Of a DNA stretch of 64,000 nt, positions 55,168-64,000 are shown in pieces; within the stretch, counting starts at the first letter, position 1; each line of letters begins with the position of its first letter. The stretch is from Eledone cirrhosa (Eukaryota), in contig OZ024758.1 of NCBI GenBank assembly GCA_964016885.1, forward strand, positions 2,728,001 to 2,792,000, given 5' to 3'. The notes beneath the pieces were generated by a model that did no database searches, was not told the DNA's origin, and saw only the letters and a list, made by a program, of their open reading frames with translations. The translations under genes were made by a program, and so were the position numbers.

Positions 55168-55527
55168 TAATGGCTGACATCTGGAGCGCTCTTATTATAG
55201 GACAATGGCTGACATATGAAGAGGTGGTACTATAGGATAATGGCTGAGATCTAGAGAGCTTTTACTATAGGATAATGGCTGAGATTTGGAGAACTCTTAC
55301 TATAGGATCATAGCTGACATCTGGAGAGCTGTTACTATAGGTTCATGGCTGACATCTGGAGATCTCTTACTATAGGATAATGGCTGACATCTAGAGAGCT
55401 CTTACTATAGGCTAATGGCTAACACCAGGATTGCTCTTACTATAGGATAATGGCTGACACCTGGAGAGCTCTTACTATAGGTTCATGGCTGACATCTGAA
55501 GAGCTTTTACAGGATAATGGCTGACAC
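55168..55527. repeat. 35-bp minisatellite (ataatggctgacatctggagagctcttactatagg), ~10.5 copies
   Basis: tggctga or a one-mismatch variant recurs at 55171, 55206, 55241 ... 55486. Confidence 0.95.
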
Positions 55528-56014
55528 GTTTAAACAGCAACATATTCTTATTAGCAGTTTAGTCATGTAGTGTCAATATTTCTATTAGTCTTTTAACAAG
55601 TTTATGTAGTTTCTCCATTATCCAAATATTAAAAATATTTTCACTTTTTTCCAATTTTGTTTTCATTGAGCCAGACTGGATAAGCGAAATATAAGTCTGT
55701 TATCTAAGTTAGATAAATAAATTAAAATAAAATAAAAAAACTACTTTGAAGTGAAACGTAAATATAATATTTGAAACTTGTGTTTCGAATTATCGGAAGA
55801 ATATATTTGAATTGTTTCTATCTAATGTTCTAGTAAACACATTGATCTTTGCTCTTCGATGATTTATGGAACCATAAATTTTGATATCATACTTTTGGAT
55901 TAATAAATTAATAAATATGAGTTTTCATGATAAAAATTTACGACCTGAACGGATATCTCTAAATTTACTATAAAGGCTGCACACTTAGTGTTATTGGTGT
56001 TGTTATTTAACCTA

Positions 56015-56235
56015 TGGTTGGTATGTTAGCAGTGTCGGCTAGCATCGGACAACATTCTTCGTGGCATCGAGGTACGTGCCTTTTCGTTCTGAGTTCAAAT
56101 CTACTCGAGGCTAGCTTCAACTTCCATCCTTACGGGGTCGATAAAATAAAGCTGCAGTGACGCACTGGGGTCGATTTAATCGACGTTCCACTTCCCTTTA
56201 AACTGCTGGCCCTGTGCCCGAATCAGAAACCATTA
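56015..56235 (+). mobile_element. SINE family A, full length
   Basis: B box, core cttccatccttacggggtcgataaaataaag and tail present. Confidence 0.85.
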
Positions 56236-56698
56236 TTTAGCCCAAGGTCAACTTGACTTAGTATAGTTAGAGTTTAGTTATATATATTTACCAGGTCTAG
56301 CGGCGATCATATATAATTCAGCTTGTTGGCTCCTGTTATTTCTTGAAAGTTTCTAATATTTAGTATACGAAATAATATCTATCTTATAAAGTAATAGAAA
56401 CAGATTGAAGACGAAACATCGTGTACTCGCAATCCCAAACACATTTACATACATACCGTACATACATACCGTACATACATAACGGAAAATAATATATATA
56501 AATACACATTTGCACATATAATTTTGTGTGAGGGTGCGAACGGATATACAGTATTTTTGATAAATATAATTATTAGATTTAAGTAGCACACACAATTTCA
56601 AAAATTTACCGTATATAGTGACAACACGGGAGCCCGTGCATAATCACATGGAAACATCGAAGCCAAATACCCCTCAAATCGCTCCCTATATTCTAGTA

Positions 56699-56905
56699 CA
56701 GGAATGGCAAACATGCAGCCCGCGGGCCGCATGTGGCCTTTTACAAGCACACAGTTGCGGTACGCACACAGATTTTTACAGCACGAGCATGTTTTATCTT
56801 CGTAAAATTAGTTATAATGTGCGCAATTAGTTGTCGTGTGTTACCTTCAAACAACACATATGTGACCGATATGACCAGCGGGGGACTCTCAGTTTGACAT
56901 GTCAG
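56699..56905. mobile_element. hAT (Charlie-type) MITE with 8-bp target-site duplication
   Basis: Termini caggaatggcaaac / gtttgacatgtcag, flanked by ttctagta and ttctagaa (NTCTAGAN target); subterminal gcccgcgggccgcatgtggcc. Confidence 0.85.
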
Positions 56906-57536
56906 TTCTAGAATATATTAAGTAATGTAGTGCAACATATTCGTAGGAAGATTACATGGTTATGACTTTCATATTAGGTCTACTCAATTGACCTTCGGTT
57001 AATCAACAACAACAACAAGAACACCAAGTCACGCTTATTTATAATGAAGTTTGATATATCTATTCAATTCTGATAAATCTTTTCCATTAAAATATATGGT
57101 TTCATTAAATATCTAAGATCACTTTGTTAAGTAGAAAATTAGATAGCGACAATTCACTTACATAGTTCTGATAATTCTGAAGACAAGATTGTTTTAAGAA
57201 TTATATTTATAGCTTACTTGAAAATAAATTTAAATGTTTTAATCTAACTTAGATAAGCGATATACATTTCGCTCAAACAACCTTAGCCAATGAAAGCCAA
57301 AATTGTAAAATTTATGTATGAATTTTCAGCGTTTGAATAACATATTTGCATCAAGAAATTATTAACAAACATATATTTCTGCTGATGATGATGCTATTGT
57401 TGTTATTTCCCCCTCCGCCTCCTCCTTCTGGTAGACATGGTTGGGAGAATCCTATAAGAGTGGCTAATCTGTGAACATCATAATTTTATTTCTAGCAGAT
57501 ATAACCCCACACGCTGACGATGATCTCCCTGCTCTG

Positions 57537-57648
57537 TTACTCCCATATCCCATACAAGCCCCATGACGCCAATGTTATCTTGGCTACAATGAATGCTGCA
57601 AATGTAAAGCCGAAAAATGACACAGCTATCCAATTCTGTTTATGCAGC
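57537..57648 (-). CDS. Candidate terminal coding exon of an unidentified membrane protein
   Basis: Acceptor ttttcttgtttaacattcag|G, then LHKQNWIAVSFFGFTFAAFIVAKITLASWGLYGIWE*, with AATAAA about 45 nt past the stop. No homologue recognised and no upstream exon found. Confidence 0.3.
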
Positions 57649-58403
57649 CTGAATGTTAAACAAGAAAAGTGAATTTCACTTGTAAAGAAAACTAACGGTT
57701 TCTTCAGTGTAGTAGATTACGTGAAGCGTCTCTCATTTCGCATAAATAATTGAAGTTTCTCGTTGATTTTCTGACTATTCCACAGTCATCATATCTCTTG
57801 TCAGGAATGTCGTATATAATTGTACGGGGCATTCGGAAGTTCGTACTGCGTATTTCGTCACCCATATAAGGTATGCACCACCTTTGTTCTACTGCCTAGA
57901 TATGATATAGTTTAGGAGATATTAGTGCTTTAAGCGAGTCTGTCCCCATGTTATATTCTGGTCTTCTATCTGGTCAACGATCCTCCTGTACTGGTTATTG
58001 TGAGGTCCACCTCTAAGTATAATGTCAGATGTATTCTATTTGATTTCCATCTCCCGAGGGGACCATGTACAAAAATAATACTTAGTTATGTTTCTGCGAC
58101 CTGTCCTAGGCGAGCATTGAAATACATAATAAATATTGTCTCTCTAAATAAAACATTCAAGACTCCTTCAAGGTTTATGGGTCTATACAGACATACATAT
58201 ATGTATAGTGAATGTACGTGTGATAAACTTAAATAATATATTTACAACCATGACATAATATATAGAAAAGTGGACAAACACCAGACGAGATATCTTGAGA
58301 GCGATGAGATATCTCAGGGGGTTCTCTGTACAATTCTCCGCTTTATGTTTGTTAAAGTAGCATTTGAGTTTACCATATGTAAATTTAAAATAAATCTTAA
58401 CCG

Positions 58404-58476
<73 letters not shown>

Positions 58477-59326
58477 ATATATATCTGTGTGTGTGTGTGT
58501 ATGTGTGTGCGCATGTTTATGTATATTTGTGTCTCTGATTGTATATGTGTGTTAGTGAGAGAAAAACAGAGGGAGAGTATATAAATGTTTGTGCGTGTGT
58601 GTATGTGTGTGTGTTTGTTTATGTATATATCTGCCTGTGTTTGTGAGTGTATATGTGTGAGAAAAAGAAAGTGAAGCTGAGATGATGCGGAGAGAGAGAG
58701 ACTGGAATAGAGAGGAGATGGTGTGATGATGCAGAGATAAAGATAGAGATATGAAAAGAGTGAGGAAGAAATGGTGCAGAGATAAACGAGAAAGAAAATG
58801 AGAGAGAGATAAAGTGAGGGAGAGATGATGCAGAGAGAGCGAGAAAGAGAAAATGAAGAAGAATTTTGAGGATCGGTTTTCTATCCAATAAAAATCAACA
58901 AAAATAAAACAGCAGAAACTGTATAGGTCAGAGAACTATTCTTCTTCTACTAGGAAACGTATCTTTCTCCCAAGCTAAAGAAATAAACTGCCGCGAAAAT
59001 TAATTTCAATGCTGATATGTACATTCTACACGATAACTCATCCATCATTTATGACAGCTATAAATATATCCCAAGTTTTCTATTTCACAAATAACATTCA
59101 CTCAATTTCCATTTCTCTGTTAAATTCACTGTTATCCACCAACGGATTGAAATTTGTTTGTATACATACATACATAAATTCATATATATATATATATATA
59201 TACATACACACATACATACACACACGCTTAAACACACATAGATGCATAGTACATACATTCATACACACACACTTGCTTACATATATTCATACATACATAT
59301 ATACATATATGCACAAACCAGCACAT

Positions 59327-59736
<410 letters not shown>

Positions 59737-60229
59737 CACACCCACACACATGTACACACATATAAAATTACATTTTTTCCATTTTCTGTTTCTTTCTGAA
59801 ATAAAATCATAATCATCGTGAATGTCATCATCATCATCATCATCATTATCTACATCACCAACGCAACCACTATCATGACCATCTTCATCTCTCCCTCACC
59901 CTCTCTCTCTCTCATTTTCTTTCTCGTTTATCTCTGCACCATCTCTTCCTCACTCCCTTCATCTCTCTACCTTCATCTCTGCATCATCACATCTTCATCT
60001 CCTCTCTCTCTATCTCTATCTCTCTCTCTCTCTATCTGCGCATCATCTCATCCCCACTTTCTTTCTCTTTCCTTCTGATAAACATTGATTGCCAGATAAA
60101 TTAACTATTGAGATATAAAAGATACAGAAGCGAAAACCAACCCAAACCAAACAGTGAGTGTGTTCTGTTATTATTTCTGGCAATATTACAACAATATGAC
60201 CCTCCCCAAATATAACAATATATATGTAT

Positions 60230-60358
60230 GTATGCTGCAGTAATACTTTGGTAGAGATAGCCAAGGTTAGGAGCACTCAGTCCATTGTTTTTATAACAGA
60301 TTGAATGAGTTGGGGTACATAGCCCAACGAAATTAAGTACCTGTATATGTCACTGTTG

Positions 60359-60362
<4 letters not shown>
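60230..60362. mobile_element. Relative of the 26091 element: inverted tail plus a plus-strand degenerate hammerhead (60296-60344)
   Basis: gagcactcagtccat is the reverse complement of the tail at ~26261; acaga-ttgaatga-gttggg..cccaac-gaaa-ttaagta-cctgt...atgtcactgttgta matches 26172-26237. Confidence 0.7.
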
Positions 60363-60393
<31 letters not shown>

Positions 60394-61127
60394 AATTTAG
60401 ACTAAATATATTTAATTCAAGAGACATTTACTAAAAATAAATATTCGTAGAGGAACAAAACACAAAATTGATGACTGACTAATATTGTCATTTATTTATT
60501 AAGTATGACAGACAACTCCAGATATATTTTGGCTTTACAGTGTGCTTATGTCCGGAACAGAGCTTCTACTGCATTTGCAGAATTAGTAATACCTGTACAA
60601 AGCTGTACATTAGTTGACGTAGGATAATATTATTATCTAGAGAATAAATAATACTTAAACCCATCCGCATGGAAACGATATTTAAGTTAATGTTAAAGTA
60701 TTTAATGCAGGGAGCATTAAATTGTATTGAACTTAGCCTGGCAACAGAACGAAACAGGAATCGATTTTAGTGGTCTCTGCTGCTTCAGTGGACAATTTTA
60801 TTTCTCGTACAAGGCCTAATTAAAGTTAGGCAGGTTCACCCATTTGTATTATAGTGTCACTTTCACAGTTACAATGAATAACCATCCTTCCAAACCTGTG
60901 GAATTAGACAAAATCGAGAAAACATCATTCAACGGAATAAGGCATTAAATTTTACAGACAGAATTAGAAGAATTATTTTGAAAGGTTCCAGGTCCAAACC
61001 ACCAGAAGATGTCAGCATATTTGCATAGGAAAGAATTAAAATGATTTCCTGCAATATATTATTTTTGCTTGGGGTGCCTATGACCCTCTCAGGAGGAGGG
61101 AGAAAAAGGAGAACAAGAAGAAAATGG

Positions 61128-61455
61128 ATGGCAAAGCTACCCTCGGTGGCATTTGAACTCAGAACGTAAAGGGTCGTATCCTCGGCGGGATTTGAACTCA
61201 GAACGTAAAGGGTCGTATCCTCGGCGGGATTTGAACTCAGAACGTAAAGGGTCGTATCCTCGGCGGGATTTGAACTCAGAACGTAAGGGGTCGTATCCTC
61301 GGCGGGATTTGAAATCAGAACGTAAAGGGTCGTATCCTCGGCGGGATTTGAACTCAGAAAGTAAACAGACATATCCTCAGCGCGATAATAAAGGGACGTA
61401 ACTATATGCCACAAAGCATGTTGTCCGACGTTCTACCAATACTGCATATCCACCG
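61128..61455 (-). mobile_element. SINE family A copy with an internal 39-bp segment amplified ~6 times
   Basis: Units cctcggcgggatttgaactcagaacgtaaagggtcgtat start at 61141, 61180, 61219, 61258, 61297 and 61336; the SINE head continues to ~61455. Confidence 0.9.
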
Positions 61456-61460
61456 AAGTT

Positions 61461-61865
61461 GTAGTAGTAGTGGTAGTAGTAGTAGTAGTAGTACTAGTAG
61501 TAGTAGTGGTGGTGGTGGTGGTGGTGGTGGTAGTGGTAGTAGTACTAGTGGTAGTAGTAGTACTAGTGGTAGTAGTAGTACTAGTGGTAGTAGTAGTACT
61601 AGTGGTAGTAGTAGTACTAGTGGTAGTAGTAGTACTAGTGGTAGTAGTATTAGTATTAGTGGTAGTAGTATTAGTAGTGGTACTAGTAGTAGTACTAGTG
61701 GTAGTAGTAGTATTAGTAGTAGTACTAGTAGTAGTAGTAGTATTAGTAGTAGTACTAGTGGTAGTAGTAGTACTAGTGGTAGTAGTAGTACTAGTGGTAG
61801 TAGTAGTACTAGTGGTAGTAGTAGTACTAGTGGTAGTAGTAGTACTAGTGGTAGTAGTAGTAGTT
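61461..61865. repeat. (TAG)n-based repeat with an 18-bp higher-order unit (tagtagtagtactagtgg)
   Basis: Directly visible; source of the Ser/Thr/Val-rich ORFs. Confidence 0.95.
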
Positions 61866-62269
61866 GCTGCTGCTACTGTCTGCATTGTTTCAAGCAGATC
61901 AAGCTTTCGATATGCGTGGGTATCATTAGGTATTTTATATACAACGACCAGAATGGAGATTACAGTGCTTTACTCAATCTATCAGCATATCTGGACTATA
62001 GCTTTAGCACTCATTTGACCAGACTGAAGAAAAACTGAAAATGGTTTCTCAGTGCTTTCTGACAATTATTCAGCAAAACCACCTCAGAAAGAACCACGCA
62101 TCAGGTGGACATTCTGTTTTTCTTATCACAAATTTAAGGGAAAATCTATTCATCCACTATGTATATGATGCAATTAAAATTAATGAGAAATTCTCACTGG
62201 GGACACTGAGATTCGATTCTGCAAAATTACAACAGGTATATATATAAGTGTATATATATATATGTAACA

Positions 62270-62854
62270 TGGTAACATGTATCCCAGTACAACCTGTCTC
62301 ATGGTCGGGTCGTTGGCGACTAAACCGGCAACCCCCACCAAGGTTTTTTGGTGAGGAGGGTGACTTTGGATATCCTGCAGGACTAAAAACAAAACCTGTC
62401 AAAGGGCAAAGGAGCTCTTAAGAGTCAATGGCCATGCAAAATCACCGGGAGAGATGAGCCCTTAGCCTTTGTCAAGGCAGAATTCTAGGAGATGGAAAAC
62501 TCTGATATAACACTTGCAACCCTGATGGTATCCAATGATGTTGACTTGTTCTTGTTTTTGGTAAATACCATCTTGGTTAAGAGAGTGAGACTGGCTTTGT
62601 GCAGTGTCTTTGCTCACTATAAAAGCTTCACGGCATAGGCATTGCTTTATATCTGGAGATCTCTCTGCACTTGCCATCACATGTTACCATGGGCCCAGCA
62701 CTATGTGTCAATAATTGTCACAAGTGTAGTGTTTGTACCAGAGTTTTCAAGTCGCTGGCTGAACTAAAAAGTCGCACTCGTTCAGCGCATCGGTAGGGGT
62801 TCTCCTACATGGATATAAAGTAGTGGCCGTACTCGAAAACGAATTGGCAGCCAC
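62270..62854 (+). mobile_element. Second copy of the non-autonomous RTE-like derivative
   Basis: Colinear with ~22375-22953 along its whole length, and flanked by (TA)n. Confidence 0.75.
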
Positions 62855-63020
62855 CATATATATATGTATACTTATACCTATTGTAATTTTGTCATTATTA
62901 CTACCGAGGTTTTGATTCCAGAGCCTAGCCAGATCGATGCAGATCAGTAGCGGAACGCGCGTCACCAACCAATAAACGTAATGAAGGAGTAACCATTCGT
63001 CCTCGTATTACACTCCCTGG

Positions 63021-63081
<61 letters not shown>

Positions 63082-63627
63082 GCGAACAAAGAATCAGTGT
63101 TGCATCATATACATATTTAATTAAGTATTATATATGTTTCACTGTCGATCAGCTCGAGGAACGATCGATTAATGGTCGAACCTGACTCTTCAGATATGTG
63201 TTAACATGTAGACTCGCGTCTGAGATTGGTTGAATATTATCCCAATTCATTCTTATATGCTGCCACACACTCGGTCAAATGAGTGTGCCAACACCGTATT
63301 CTATCTATCTATCTATCTATATAATGAGGTATATGGTTTGTTGATTATTATTCAACAGAGTTAATTTCATAAGCACTCTACTGTGTTTTATCTGGAGTAT
63401 GATTAAGATTAACAATAATAATAAATGGAAAATATCTTTACAATGCCATATTTATTTCATTACACAGATATTGACATACCTTAGCTGGCTTATACTATTA
63501 TGTCAATATCTTAACACCAAATATTATATTTTATCTGATGAAGCATACTAACATTTAGTCTCCTTGAAATATGTGTATAGAAATAATTGTGCTATTATAA
63601 AGATATTTTCCATTTATTAATATTGTT

Positions 63628-63676
<49 letters not shown>

Positions 63677-64000
63677 AATGGTTGCACGCTATATCTCGTT
63701 CAAATGACACCATAGCGATTTTAAGGCGGACTAGTTGAATGCTATGACTCTGTATTCAATGTATATTACAAAACTCGGTGTTGGTTTCGGATGGAAAATC
63801 TTTCATGATAGAACACTTTAGTCAGTGTTGGCATCAAACTGAAGCACGTACATATATATAGAAAGGAGAACTGAGACACGAGCATAACTGGCCGTTTAAT
63901 GGTTCTGAAATGATTGTTTTCAAGTCTCTCATAAAAGTACAATAAACGTCAAGAAACAGTGATTCGCAATATAAATCTTGTGAAAATCTCTATAAATATA

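Noticed and set aside
55168-55527. CRISPR-like periodicity (35-bp unit; also 39-bp at 61141 and 23-bp at 34453)
   Set aside because: Units are contiguous with no unique spacers, there are no cas genes, and the context is eukaryotic; these are minisatellites.
61406-62038. Ser/Gly-, Thr- and Val-rich ORFs resembling mucin or silk-like proteins
   Set aside because: Translations of a (TAG)n-derived repeat open on both strands, and starting inside a SINE.

Overview
AT-rich eukaryotic (animal) non-coding DNA, dense in microsatellites ((TA)n, (CA)n, (GA)n, (TAG)n, (CAC)n) and transposon remnants. The SINE families resemble those I recognise from Octopus, so a coleoid cephalopod origin is my inference, not a database result. 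Almost every ORF in the supplied track is a microsatellite or transposon artefact. No intact gene is visible; there is one possible minus-strand terminal exon at 57537-57648. Identified repeats: about 20 copies of a tRNA-headed SINE with a Deu/Nin-like core, a second tRNA-derived SINE, two MITE families, decayed RTE and CR1/Jockey-group LINE fragments, two copies of a ~600-bp non-autonomous RTE derivative, and several minisatellites. The main observation is a set of at least five sequence-unrelated, short, non-coding fold-back elements, mostly beside (TA)n tracts, whose arms carry minimal type I hammerhead ribozyme motifs (CUGANGA-stem II-GAAA-short palindromic stem III-UH). Two are perfect palindromes (7414-7752, 21871-22132) with an intact hammerhead on each strand. 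This architecture matches the inverted pseudo-LTRs of Penelope-like retroelements, but no RT or GIY-YIG coding sequence is present. All pairings and alignments were made by eye, and boundaries of diverged repeats are approximate.
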